Shown piece by piece: positions 36,452 through 49,979 of a stretch of DNA of 64,000 bases. The stretch is from Dicyema japonicum (Eukaryota > Animalia > Dicyemida). Where the stretch lies: positions 367,667-431,666 of the forward strand of contig RDEW01000044.1 of the NCBI GenBank assembly GCA_011109175.1, read 5' to 3'. The notes beneath the pieces are model-generated. The model ran no database searches. It was not told the origin of the DNA and saw only the letters and a list, made by a program, of their open reading frames with translations. A program made the position numbers and the translations under genes. How positions within the stretch are numbered: position 1 is the first letter of the stretch; every line of letters starts with the position of its first letter.

Positions 36452-37383
36452 ATGCTACAATTGATGCTTACGAAAAAGTAAAATTTTGTTGTTTACAAGA
36501 TTTTTCAATATTCTTGTATTTTTAACACTTTTCTTCTCTATAATATATTTTTTGTCCAATAATATAGAACAATCTCAAATCGAATTCAAAAGCAGCCAAA
36601 TTGCTCAAAGCAAACAATTTTTTGTATGGTTTTAACTAGTGTGACCAATTATAAAACACGTGGAGTTTCTGTTTTAAACACGTGGGGGAAAAGATGTGAC
36701 AAAGTTCTAATTTTTGTTGGAAGACCAGGCCTGAAGGAAAAACACGTGGTTTCATTAGACATTAATGACGACTATGAACATCTCCCATCCAAAACTTTTG
36801 GAGCGTTTGAATACATTGAGGATAACTTTTCTGGGCAGTTTGACTGGGTTATCAAGGCTGATGATGACACTTACATTATTATGGAGAATCTGAGATATTT
36901 TCTGAAATTCTATGACCCAATTGATTTGAACAGCTTCGGTCTTAAGTTTTACAAGTATTTTCCGAACGGGTACTTCAGTGGAGGAGCATCTTACATTCTC
37001 AGCAAAACAGCTGTTAATAAAGTCGTTTCGGGCTTTAAATCTAAGGTACTTGATTTTGTCGATTTTAGAATCAACATTGTTATGCAGATACTGGAATGGA
37101 GGACCTCAAAATTGGGGAATGTCTCAACTTCCTTAATGTACCCATTGTCACCGATGAATCCCGACCTACAAAATTCTCCCCTTTTAATTTTTATGATACT
37201 ATTTTAAAGAACTTCCCTAAATGGTACAAAAAATATAGAAAAATTGATTCTTTTCCAGTTTGACCCAATTATGAAATTTAGGAGCATTCCAATTTTCACA
37301 GAAATTTAATTTCTCTACATTATATGACTCCTAATGATATGAAAGTTGCTGACTACTTTGTTTATAATATTCTTATAAGATAA
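36452..37383 (+). CDS. C1GALT1: GT31 glycoprotein-N-acetylgalactosamine 3-beta-galactosyltransferase 1-like (T-synthase), copy A
   Basis: IFCMVLT..TWGKRCDK, FDWVIKADDDTYIIMENLRYFL, GYFSGGASYILSK, ED.KIGECL and ISLHYM; N-terminal TM segment. Introns at 36478-36499, 37046-37068 and 37258-37281. One extra frame change near 36554-36567 is unresolved. Confidence 0.85.
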
Positions 37384-37489
37384 CACATTTTATTGATTTT
37401 TTATTCTGTACTTTACATTATTTATTTCGATATTATGTGTTCATAAAGACTATTCAGGACTCCCTAGCTTGAATAGGATACCAATGCGA

Positions 37490-37960
37490 AATGGCAGAGT
37501 TGGAATTTGTTTCCAGACGGACGAGCCTGCTATTGATAAACCGATCTAAATGTCTCAGGTGAGCATAGGCAGACTGTGAACCTGGTTTAAGAGACTGACC
37601 TTATCTATCAGGCGGTATGGTCAGACAGATGAGTTTGGAATTAAAAGACTGGTCTGAATGCGTAGATCGTCTAGTCTAGTATTGAGAGAGCGATCTAAAT
37701 GTCTCAGGTGAGAATATGCAGACGGTGAGTCTGGTTTGAGAGACCACTATAAATATCTCAGTTGAGCATAGGCAGACGGTAAGACTTGTGCTGACAAACC
37801 GACCTAAATGTCTCAACAGATGATAAGCAGACGGTGAGTCTGATGTTGAAAGACCAGTCTGATTGTCTCTGCTGAGTATGGTTAGATCGATGACCATGGG
37901 TTAACAAACCGGTCTAAGTCTATCAGATGAGCGTGGTTAGACAGACAACCATTTGTCAAC
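37490..37960. repeat. Diverged minisatellite, about 54-55 bp period, roughly 8 units
   Basis: taaatgtctcag...gcagacggt-like units start at 37547, 37696, 37750, 37805, 37860 and 37915. Confidence 0.7.
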
Positions 37961-38100
37961 CAAGTCGGCATCGAAACGGATGCAGAACACAGACTTTTAA
38001 TCCCAGTCGTATTGAGATCCCATATGGACGCATTCATCATCCATGAAGGTACCCAGAACTCCATTTGGAAATCACATAAGTTACAAATGTCTTTAGTCAT
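37960..38100 (-). mobile_element. CRE fragment (GTFMDD / zinc-knuckle region)
   Basis: Homologous to 33170-33280 and 24010-24100. Confidence 0.7.
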
Positions 38101-39503
38101 GACAAATGATTGATTGACAGCTGTCAATATGGGCGCAGCACCACCTACGCTCTAGGGATTGCGACACATCGTATTAATCAATGATTTCTCATTAACGAAT
38201 TGTGAATAATGTCTCTTTTTATGTAAATTTATTATTCAAGAAAGTCTTTTAAGTTCCTATGAAGAAAATAGCATCCGAATTTTGCACGAGAAGGTGATCT
38301 ACTAAAAATTTAGCTCTGGGATAGGACGAATCAGAGTTTTGGCTCCCCTGACCTGACCAGATTGGTGATATTATCGATCAAATCATTTCCGTGCTAGGAC
38401 CACCACAACAATAAGGAACTTGTGGGGACGCCATCACTTTCAGCTAGACGCTTTATAGCAGTCGGCCTCGTGCATGTTAGAAAGCTCTGGGTAACTAACT
38501 AACAATTAAGTAAAAGCAATAATACATTTTTTTCCTGGCACGTGTTCATTAATCTTGATCAGAGTATCTTCGGAGTCGAGGTGTATATTAATAGTATATG
38601 TTTAATGGAATCGCGTTGGTTTAGGATAAATCTATCAGAGACTTGATATTGCATGGGATTCATGGGGGTGACTTAAATAATGAGCAAGGGACACTAAAAG
38701 TAAAATGTGCTGAAGAAAATATAATGAATAGCTCTCTCTTCATAGGGGAATGTCCACGAACCTATCCTTCCCTTTTCTCCATACTGAGTGTGTACGAGAC
38801 CGATACATAGTCAGAAGCATTGATTCGAAGTTGACCGAGATTTCTGTATAAAAATATTGACTCGATATCAACCTAGATTACTGTATGGTTTTTTGATTAC
38901 GATCTTTCTTCACAGAATTATCGTATCTATTAAAACTCTAGTAAATAGAATGGCCCTGTTAGTCTTACTGTCTTATCTCTTCAATGTTAGTGTAATCTCG
39001 GATTCAATGGACGTCAGATACGCTAAGATTTTGATAACCAATATCACAATTCGATTCAGATAAACTTAAATAAGATTGCGGTGAAACTGCAAGTAATTAT
39101 TACTTGCTAATGGCCATTAGAGTGGTATATGTATTTCTAAGTAAAGACGCATTCTATCTTATTAAAAAATAAGTTTGAGATTTTTTGCCTACCCAGGACC
39201 ACCTGGACTCGACGTGAATTTTGGGGATCTATGTAAGAGACATGTTTAGAGACTGCGTCTCCAAATAGTTTTAAGATTCCTACATGCAGAAATAACAATT
39301 TATTTTAACTTCTACAAGAAGAGAAAATTTTCGAAGATCAGTTGCAAGTATTTAGCAGAAGAGATGTAATTATCATTTCTCGAAAATTTTCAATTTTAAT
39401 TATTAACATTTTAAAATAAATTTATTTGAAAAAAATAATATTTAAAATGTAAAATAAAATAAATAATTAATTCAAATTATATTCATATTCACTTTGTCTA
39501 ATC

Positions 39504-40445
39504 ATGTTCCGATTAGTGATTCCAAGAAAGTAATTTTTTTATTGATCCTAAGATTTGTTAATATTCTAGTGATACTAACAATTTTCTTCTCTATTACATT
39601 ATCTTTTGGTTAATACTGGACAGTATATAGTCAAATTCAAAAAAAGTAGGAAAGATGTCTTTTTTAATCAAACTATTTTTTGCATGGTTTTGACTTCTGT
39701 GGGCAAATATAAAACACGTGGAATTACTATTAAAAAAACGTGGGGAAAAGATGCGACAAAATTCTATTTTTTGTTGTAAAACCTGGCCTGAATATAATGA
39801 ACGTTGTTTCGTTGGACATTAAAGACGACTATGAGCATCTCCCAACGAAAACTTTTAAAGCGCTAAAATACATAGAGGACAAATTTTCAGGCCAGTTTGA
39901 CTGGGTTATCAAGGCCGATGATGACACATACATTATTATGGAGAATCTGAGATATTTTCTGAAATTCTACGACTCATTTAGTTTGATCAGTTTAGGACAT
40001 AAGTTTTACAAGTATTACTCTAATGGGTACCTCAGTGGAGGGGCTTCCTACATTCTCAGCAAAACAGCTGTTAGTAAAGTCGTTTCGGCTTTTAAACATA
40101 AAGTATTTTCATTCTGGCGATTTCAGATTCCTGGGTGTTCTGAAGATGATGCGACTGAGGATGTAAAAATGGGTGAATGTCTAAACCACCTCAATGTACA
40201 AATCGTCTCTGAAGAATCCAAGCCTTCAAAATTTTCAGCTTTAAATTTGTATGATACCGTTTTGAAGAAATTTCCCAAATGGTTCGTAGATTACAGGAAA
40301 TTTGATACTTTTCCGGTTTGACCTAATTAGTGAAATTTAGGAGCATTCTAATGTTCATAGAAATCTAATTTCTCTGCATTACATGACTCATGTTGATATG
40401 AAAGTTTTAGATTTCTTAATTTATGATGTTGAGGTTGTGAGGTAA
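39504..40445 (+). CDS. C1GALT1: GT31 C1GALT1-like galactosyltransferase, copy B; exons 39504-39529, 39553-39608, 39631-40102, 40127-40315, 40341-40445
   Basis: Splicing four GT-AG introns (23, 22, 24, 25 nt) gives an open frame MFRLVIPRKFVNILVILTIFFSITLSF...KADDDTY...SGGASY...EDVKMGECL...ISLHYM...stop. Confidence 0.9.
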
Positions 40446-43400
40446 TGAGTTGATTTTTCTTATTAAAACTATATCTGCCGGAAATGCTGGAGTGTCATAA
40501 GTGCCGAACAAAATCTTGATGGTCACGTATTCGAATCTCGTTGATATACATTTCGACTAAGGTTCTAACTGAGCTATGGATTGACGAGTGTCGTCATCAT
40601 CAGTAAATATTTTGCTAAAGGAACCAGATCGTTTACTAAGACTTGCAGGCGAAAAAAGGTAACAGAAGTGAAGAAAAATTGACGGTTCCCTTACTGAGAT
40701 AAAATTGGGTCATCTCTTCTCTTTTTCTTGTCAGCTTTTGAATTCTACCAGGCCAGCGACATTTGACTGATCTATGAGCCGTCAGCATTGAAGTTAATTA
40801 ATGTCCAATTAAGGTATATCGAGTTCCCATAGTTGGAGTGAAACGCATACTACCCAATCTTCGCATACCACCATTGTAGCAATCCCCAATCACTAAGAAA
40901 GAGCAGATGTTTTGTAGATACAAGTCAGTTTATAGACGTCTCCTGAAACAGGTGGCTCTAAGAAGGTAAAGAGCAGATCGGAATCTTCTAACCAAGTAGG
41001 TATCGCCCTAGGAATCGAACCCACAGATAATCGCGACTTAAAAACAACACTCCACCATAGTACAAGTCGTTACTTTTTTGTTAACCACAGTTTCCATTTT
41101 GAAGAACTTAGAGGTACATAGAAGAAATTAATCAACACTACTTCCAATCATTAAACTGTACTCAGGAGAAGCTCTCTACAATGACACTAATCAAATTTGG
41201 AATCAGCATTTTCCTTATTAAAATCTGATTCTTTGAAAAATTCTAAATGAAGTCCACTTCCTCAATTCGTTATTCAAATTACAATAATTTTGATGTGGTT
41301 ACGTACCTCTATTCACGAAATGTCTACTTAGCTTTATGGTGGATCAAAGCCTTGTCTTCATATTCCTCTGAGTGTGGCAGAGGTGACGACTAGGGAGAGA
41401 TGAAACGTCAAGTTCTTGACAACGAAAGTGTCTAATGCACATATGATTGGAATATGAATCTCGTCCAGCCCAAAAAGAAAAATAATTTTGAGGAACATTT
41501 GTCAGAAGTTGAATGGTAAGTCCTACTGTTGTGGACATTACTTCATCATACATAGAGGAGTTTTCAGAATGGTAATCTTCACCAGTGGATTTTGACAAGG
41601 AATGGTAGGTCCTCACAGGTTCGATAGGTTTGACGAGAATTCACTCTTCGTTGAAAAAACTGCAAGCTTATTATAGCTTAAAGTCAATAATTTTTAAGGT
41701 AAACAAATAAAAGATGATTTTTTGATGAAATAAAACGAATTGCTTCAAAACATCAAAATTAATTTTAATCAACGCAGTTTGAATGGCAAAGCTATTTTCC
41801 CTGATAATAGCTATCGAGATAGGCTCTCGAGGCAATCCAGTTTCACGTAGATCCTTGCTGACCCTTTGGATCATTGGCCCATCGATGGACTAGGTCGTCT
41901 GCTGACCCCTTAACAAAAAAGGACAATCAAATAATCCTCCAAAGATAATTTACTATGTATTATACAGGGAGAAAATTCACTGATGCTAGTTGACTGAATC
42001 AAAAGATACTTTGACCTGATTGCAGATTAGTATTCTTGTAGATAATATCAGTAGATTATACATCATCCAAAATTACGCTAAAACTGTGTTTACAAACTTT
42101 GGTTGATTTATTTAATTAGCCAAAATATACTGAGAGGTGATTAAGTATAATCTAGGTATATGCTGTCTCCCAGGAAATATAGTGAGAAAAAATTATTATG
42201 TCTGCCATGAGAACCACTTTTCTGAAAAATAGTGTAAACTCTTCCAGTCGCACTAAATGATGACTCAAAAACAATGAAAAGGGAGCTGAAAACCGCAGAC
42301 GACCTAGACCCTATAAAGTCAGATCAAATATAGTACTTCGCACGCTCCCAGCTCAGAGAGGTCTGCATTTAAACTGGGGTTTTATCAAAAGTGCAGAATT
42401 TACCATCATGAACTCTGGGAGCCTCAACAAAGATTGGCTAAGAGATGTGTATTAATCTAAGAAAATATATGTGACCCCTGTTTCCATGATAACTAAGTGA
42501 TCCCAATTCTCACTCATCCATTCAATGATAACATCCATCCAATCAATAATTGTGGGAACCTCTCCAGTGTAATAGGAAAGAATAAGTTACTGGTGGTAGC
42601 CTTTGACAGTCGGATCGCATGACGCCTCTCAGGGATTAAAAAACAGAAAAAAATTCTTCGACAAAATAGGTAGCGTTGTAAGAATCGAACCCAGAGCCAA
42701 TCGCAACAAAAGCCATAGGCCTAGCGTTTACTTTGTTAACAAGGGCCTGGACTCCTTACTAGAGTACATCTTCAACAATTCAAAATCCACAGTAAACTAG
42801 AACTACATAAGCAGGTCACAACCTCATGTACAAAGGCCACTATTCTTCTCCATACAACCACCCCTTTGGTCTCAATAATTTCTACTGATCCTCCTTTTAA
42901 CTTTGCGTCAGAGCTCATCTGAAAACAAACCTTTCAAAAAATATCGAAATTAGTCGAAGTATTAATATTTGTTATCCTATTCGTTCGAATTGTCCGAGTT
43001 TTCTCAGTTTGAGTTCCTCTGCACAAAAGAAGAGGAACATGAGGTTACTCAAAGGGTATGAAGCTGTTTTACTTTTTAATAATACCAAATATACCCGAAA
43101 TAGGTTTCATGGGGTTGCTCCTATCGGATTGGGACGTATGTTTTCCAGCATCGTGTCCTCTCAAATATTTACTATAATAAGAACCCCTCACTGAAGTATT
43201 GAAGAGAGGGATCATTTTGGATCCGACTAGGTAGTTGGTGGGTCATGCATAAGTGGAACTATGACACATCTAGAGATCGAAGAAGGCAAAGAGCAGAAAA
43301 GAAATCCTTGACCAAATAGGTAGTAATATATGAATCGATGCGACAACATCAACGTCGAACACTAGACTAGAACCGGCAAATTTATTATTTATTATTTATA

Positions 43401-46400
43401 ATTCTAAATGTAATAATTAAAGTACTAATTAAATACTAAATATAATAATTACATATTTTTGCTAATAAAATAATTATACTAGCAAGATTTCCTATAATTG
43501 GCCAAATCTTAAAAGCATCCGCTTGGTCATAATTCAGATCATCCCTTCCCTAAGATATAGAAGAAACTATTTCTTCAATGGAAATTAATTAAATTTAAAT
43601 TTAAGAACAAAACCACACCGTCAAAACTAAAAAGAAAAAATTCAGCTTATCCCGGCCTCCCTCACAGTCTTCCCACCTTATCCTGGTGTTCAGACTGTAT
43701 TCCGAACATCTACAATAAGGATGGAGTTAAAGCGCACGAATCCTTCCCAGAAAATTGCTCCAGTGGTATTAATTATAGTTTGGAAGCTTCTGGGGAGGAT
43801 TTCTTTGCAAAAATCCAGGATTCTAAAACAAACTGTATGAGAATTCAAACATGGGAAGTGGGATAACTTAATTGGATGACAACCTTTTCCCTTTGAGTTT
43901 CTCCAAATTAATAAATTAAATAAATTGAAATATTTTATACAAAAAAGTTGAAAAAAAGCAGGGATCAAGATTGTTCTGCGCAAGTGACTTTACGAGATTC
44001 TAGATAAGGTGAAATGAAATTTAATGATTAGGTTGCAGGAGGAAGTCTCTTAATTTGCTTATAAAAATAGAGACACAGCATGATTTAGTCGGCGATGTTC
44101 CTCTGTTACAGAATGACACAGCTCTTAATGTCTTCGTCTCCTAAAGGTGGATACAAGATGTCTTTCCCTTAATAGTCTGAGTGGTACTCTAATTTTCGAA
44201 ATAATGAATAATGTGCCAATATCTGGATTCGAATTCACGTTTACTAAAAATGATAAAATTGCTTGATGAAGAAATGAAATCTGTTGATTCAAATCAACAG
44301 AATTGCCGCGGACGTTGTTATTCCAAAAGCTGAGAGACCATCCATCTTATTTAAGGGGTTTTTGAGTTGGATATATCAAATAGCGTATATCAAGTTCTAA
44401 GGTCAGAGTAAGACACGTCCTTTCCCAACATCACGTCTATTTATATCCGTAGTTGTTGAGACCTACCTGAAAGTATGTAAGAGGGAACTCCTTTTTGGAT
44501 GCAGGTCAGGCAGGGGGTCTACTGAGACAGCTGGATCACACAGAAAACATAGAGTAGCAGCAAGTACTTTGATCAGTTAGTTGGTGGTGTGAGAATAAAA
44601 CGTTCAACAAATCGCGATATATCACTAATCACTATTTGCCAATGGTTTAATATCGAACTCCTAGGTTTATGATTCGGAAAAATAGTGAAAAAACAATATA
44701 TGCCTTGCTTTACAAAAAAGCTAAACTTTAAAATATTTTTATTAGATGAATCGAGTGTTAAAATTATTCCCATACACAAGGGATTTCTAGTAATTTAGGT
44801 CTGCGATGATTACGTCTCTCCGTTTATACGCACCGTCCGTCGCTACTAGTGATGAATGATTTGTAAGTGCTCATCTGCAAGTGCGAGTAAATACACGTGC
44901 CTGTATCTGAACCAGCATAAGGATTATGTCTTGTACTACAAAGAGAATAAGTAGTAGTTTGTTTGTGAGCAAACCACACACAGTACAATGCTTTGAGCAC
45001 ATGTGAGTGCTGCAGCTTGAATACCGTTTTTCTTAACTTTGTCATTTTTTGTGGGTGCGATCGAGGTGCATGAAAACTATGAATCTTATTGAGGCAACTA
45101 TGCTTTATGGAGACATTTAAATAATGGGAAGATCAAGTCAGAGAGTAAATGCCTTATATACGAAGTTTTTTTTGACTTTTATTTATCAATCTGTTGAGTT
45201 CATCGTCCAATAAACGATGACTTCTCAGAAATAGTCACATACGCTATTCATTTAAGAAAGGAACATCATAGGATTTATTCTCATTCAATTTACCTGAACA
45301 AACGAGAAGAAAATATTAATAAAATGAAACTGACTCATTCAAGAACTTGTCAATCTTAAAATCAATTAAGAATTTTGAAAGTTAACATATTCGGTTCTAA
45401 TCCATTAAAATAATAATTTTTATTAAATAAATAAAACAAATTAATTAAAAATAAATTTTATAATAAAGCGCTTCGTTATGTGGTTTCCCATCCAACCCCA
45501 ACTAAAGAGGAAATCTCATTATTGATTTCTTTCAGTTCCCCTTATTTTGCTGTTGTGTGCTAGACTATTATAGAATCTAGTTTCGCGTTGAGATGTTGAC
45601 TGATGAAGGATTCACTAGTCAAACCAAAGTATCTTAGATGCGTGGAACTTTTAGTCAGAAATTACAGCACGAGATTGATCTAGGGGTCAATATTCAATTT
45701 GGTCTGCACTCGTTAAATAATAATAATAACGTTTAGATAAAATTTTAATAATAATAACGTCTAGCCTTTTTGGTGAAGGAAAACAAAAGTCAAGATGTAT
45801 GGTTTATTTTTAGAACCGGCCGTGTCAAAAAGACTTCGTCAGGGACCATTGAATGAAGGTCACTAACTTCGCTGCATCGGATAGCTCATCATGATGGGGA
45901 AATGGGATACGTAAGTGAAGGGTTGGCTCAATTAGCAGTTTCTGACAAATTGTGAAGGGACTGAGTTTCATTTCACTGCAGTCACTCACGTTTGGTTTCA
46001 GATTTGTTTGAAAAAAAATTCGTAGGAACAACATTCAAGACTTCAGAGGTAACATAACTATAGGAACAAATTTACACCAAGGAAAATTTAGCTACCTATT
46101 AGCAGTTCAATGTCTCGGCATTCCCAGCTGCTGAACAGGCATTTGCATCACCCTAAGATTAATCTGATGAGTGCACTAAGATTATAGAAGGTTGAAATCC
46201 ATCCGGTCTTTGAATTCCATACAAAAAAGTACATCAAGTCTGTCATCTCGTGTACATTCTCATCAAGGACCCTTTCATCTGTCCACAAAGAAATGAACTC
46301 TTAATGTGACAAAACAGTGAACGTCTCGAGTTAAATGTTCAGAACCCTCATCTCTTGAGGCCTTAATTAGGAGGAATCCGAGTTTATCAAAAAATGTACT

Positions 46401-46929
46401 CGGATGACAAGAAAAAGTGAATAAAGCATATTTAAAAGGATTTCTTTTTATACAACCAAACACCTCACTCATCCACAGGTAAATAGGTGCTTTTTAGGGA
46501 TTCGGGGATTCAATACTATTGTGGAAAATATTGAAGTGACGGAGCCAGACGGAAACTTTAAGTAAAGGTGTTCTGTCTTTGATTTTACAAAAACTGATTT
46601 CGAATTTAATTTTCTGAAAGTCGATTTAAATACCCTTTATTTTATTATAAAAGAATGAATAGGAAAGATTGGAGTGCATCGATCAAAATATGAATTAGAC
46701 TCTAGCGATATTGAATTCAATTTATAATTACTTAAAGGTTCGTATTAAAAAGATTTTGGTAGAAATACTAATTCAGATTTCTGATTGAATGTTGTAATTT
46801 TAGTTAAAATCTTTGATTTTTTAAAATCATAAAGTAGTAAAAATCCACTCAAAAAATTATAGCGGATTAATTATCAAAAACTTTATTAAACCGACAATAA
46901 AATAGTTAATATTTAATAATCTAACCTTC

Positions 46930-47420
46930 GCATCCTCCTCGATTTCTGGTTGCTGAAACAACTCCGAGAGCGCCTTGTCCAATTGAACCCTCTCCAATAT
47001 GCGATTTCCGGGCTCTGATCTTATACTCCAGCGTCAGGCTGTCTGGGTCCGCTTTAATACAATTGACTGTTGATAGGTCTGGAGCTAACTATCTATCCCT
47101 AACTGTTTCAGATAACCCTTGTGGTAATTTGTTGCATTTCCTTCCTAAGTCATTACTATTGGACTAACGAGGACCTTGCAATCAAGTATCTGCCCCATCT
47201 CGATTGCAAGCAAGTCATAGTACCTTTTTTTCTTTACCTCCACAGTCTGCAAACGATCTTGCGAAGAAATTCCAACTTCATGATAAGGATTTGCCAGTTT
47301 ACTTTATCTTGTACCACAATGTCTGGCTTGTTGTGCTTGACTAGCACCAAGGTACAGATAACACTGTCTACATTGATTTGACCATGGTGTTCTCTACTAC
47401 AGATTGTATTTATGAGTCCT
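46930..47420 (-). mobile_element. R4/Dong/HERO-type non-LTR retrotransposon endonuclease (RLE) fragment
   Basis: KHNKPDIVVQDK...EVKKKRYYDLLAIE...VLVSPIVM...LKQLGI. Confidence 0.7.
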
Positions 47421-47779
47421 CAACTTTCTGGTGTGACGGATACACACTTATTCCATAGTAAAAGATACCTAGCTACTGGATATTTCTCCACACATGCAGA
47501 GCATAGATCCGTACCGATAGACTAAATGATAAACCGACATGCACCTTGACTAACAATGGGAACGTGTATTTACTGATCGACCCAAAAAATATACGGTCTT
47601 GCATATACGTGACAACGCATCTGATCTATGTTAGTTGTCACCGTATTTTAGTCATATGTAAGTTGTTCAATGCTGTGAGGAGGACCTTATAAAAAGCTTT
47701 CTTGTTGATCTTTTCAAACAAATTATTACTGTGTAATTCGATCAACGTCTTGATATTGACAAACCAATCATCATCTATA

Positions 47780-48199
47780 TTATAGAAAATGAAAGAGAGT
47801 TATCCAAAATTGTGGACAGATATTGAATGCGGATTTAGCATTCTACATCGAATTGTAAATAAAGAACGAAACAGATTGGATGTGTCCATTAGAGGAGATA
47901 TTCGTTTAAAAATAACACAAATAGAGCCAAATATCGAATCTTTGGTCTAAAACATCAGTCAAATGGATCCCATTGGTACTTAATTCTCTTTTATTATAGA
48001 TTTATGCTAAAATACCATCTTAACATCGAGTATATACTTTTTTACTTGATTATTAAAAATGAAGTCATTTTAGATAGTTAACTAATTTTACATAGAATTG
48101 TATGTTCTAAATAAAAAAGTTTTAAGTGGTCGATTAAATATTAGGGAGTCGAAAAAAAAGTCAAGAAGTTGATGAGTAAAAAAAGGCTGAGAACCCCTG
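47780..48199 (+). mobile_element. hAT Buster/Charlie right end: transposase C-terminus plus TIR
   Basis: ESYPKLW...CGFS...KERNRLDV..DIRLKITQIEPNI. The terminus gctgagaacccctg matches the CAGGGGTTCTCA-type TIR and is followed by atctatac, which fits an NTCTANAN 8-bp target. Confidence 0.75.
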
Positions 48200-49979
48200 A
48201 TCTATACATACTTAGAGAGAAAAAAGGCCTAATAGTGCCAAGGTGAGTTGCCCGTGTTTTCTCGGTCTTTATTATGCATATTTCCAAAATAAAATGAAGT
48301 CTAAATAAAATAATAATTTAATTAAAAATATAATAAAATACTGGGCTGTCTTGTAGTTTGTATGTATAGTCAATCACGCATTTGTAAATTTTCTTGAGAA
48401 TAATTATTTTAGAACTAAAAAAGATAATCTAAAGAATGTCAATTTTTATACAGATACGAAAAAATTCCCAAGAAAGATCTTCTGTCACCATCGATTTGAA
48501 CTTACTATTAAAGATGTACATCAAAAAAATGTATGTCAATACAACAGAATATCTAAAAAATATAGACACAAACAACCAACAACAAAAATGTGCAACAACA
48601 TGCCAAATAATATCAATTGTATTAAAAGGTTCGCCATTCTATTAAACAGTTTTTAAAAATAAATAACTATTAAATTAATATAAATTAGTTAAAATTTAAC
48701 TTTAATTAATAAATCTACAATAATTTTTATCGGTTGAGTTTTGCAATAGCGGTTGAGCATTTGAAGGGCCGACTTCTCACTTGTTAGTAAAGCTAAGCTA
48801 ACTAGACTAATAGATTTATAAATTATTTTGTACCTTTGATCTATTATATCTTATCAGTTGGACTATTTTAATCCCATTTTTTAATTTATTAATTTGATAT
48901 GCAAAGTCGTTAATCACATTTTTAACCTTTTCTGGGTTGGGGCAGTCATCATCATTTTCAAGATTAGACATATTCCCCACAATCAAAATCTTTGTTGACG
49001 TCAGTAATGCTTAATTTCACATGCATTACGGTTACGGTTGTAAATAAAGTCAGTTAAAGCAGTTATAATAACTTTTTATTATTTTGATTTAATAATAAAG
49101 ATAATAAAGATCACTTACGGTGTTAAACAGAATCAGATAGCTCATCGCGAAGATTAAAAATAATAGAAGAAGGTAGGTTGCTAATTGAGTGCATTTCCTT
49201 TCAAATCATCAAGGGAATTTAATCTTTATAGACACACACTATATATAAGTAAAGAACAGTTAATTTTAATTAATCGTACCAAGAAAAATATCTTCACTTT
49301 TTTTTCTTGTGTGTGGGTCCTTTCTAGACATTCCAGTTCCGCAGTGAGTATCCACTGATGACGGCGTCACTCCAACAAGTCCGATCATCTCAACAAATTA
49401 TATGATATCGACTAGAGTTTTTAATACTTGTAAGTGTGGATTTGTAGTCATCTTAATTCATAAAACGTACAGCTGAATAATAAAAACATCAAAGTAAAAA
49501 TGATATTAAACCAATATGTTCAAATGATGATAGTGATTATAATCAGGTGAAGTGTATACGCACAATAACAAAGATAATACTACTGAGGTCACTACTAAAG
49601 TGGATTTTGCAATGAAGTAGCATGTGCCGCTCCCTTTGTGTTATGCCTAGAACCGTTAACCAGACTCATCAATTCCCAATTCGAACAAGTGACCATCATT
49701 TGTGAAGAAATTTATTTTAGTATGAATCACCTATTTTTATTGATGACAAAACTGAAAATCTACGGTCATGAATGAATGTTTTGGTGTATTTTTGAGATAA
49801 ATCAATATGAAATTTATTTTCTCGTGATCAGACAAGTACAAGGAGCACCGTCCATGTCAATAAGCGAATAAAAAAAGCTCTATTTACAATTTGTTGAATT
49901 TGGTTGAGTGGATGAAGTAAATCGCTTTAATGAGCGCATCTTCCTTAAGATCCTACGCAAATAACTCATAATTAAAAAA

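Noticed and set aside
37490-37960. CRISPR-like array
   Set aside because: Whole units are diverged copies with no constant repeat plus unique spacers, there are no cas genes, and the context is eukaryotic.
41005-41030. tRNA/SINE T-loop-like ggaatcgaaccc (also about 42680)
   Set aside because: No cloverleaf or A box; it lies within a longer degenerate repeat shared by about 40960, 42650 and 43290 that looks coding-derived.
43680-44560. Further degenerate LINE RT-like and Tc1-like traces (also about 7300-7520, 38280-38500, 40500-40800, 62440-62680)
   Set aside because: The motif matches are too fragmentary to assign a family or boundaries.
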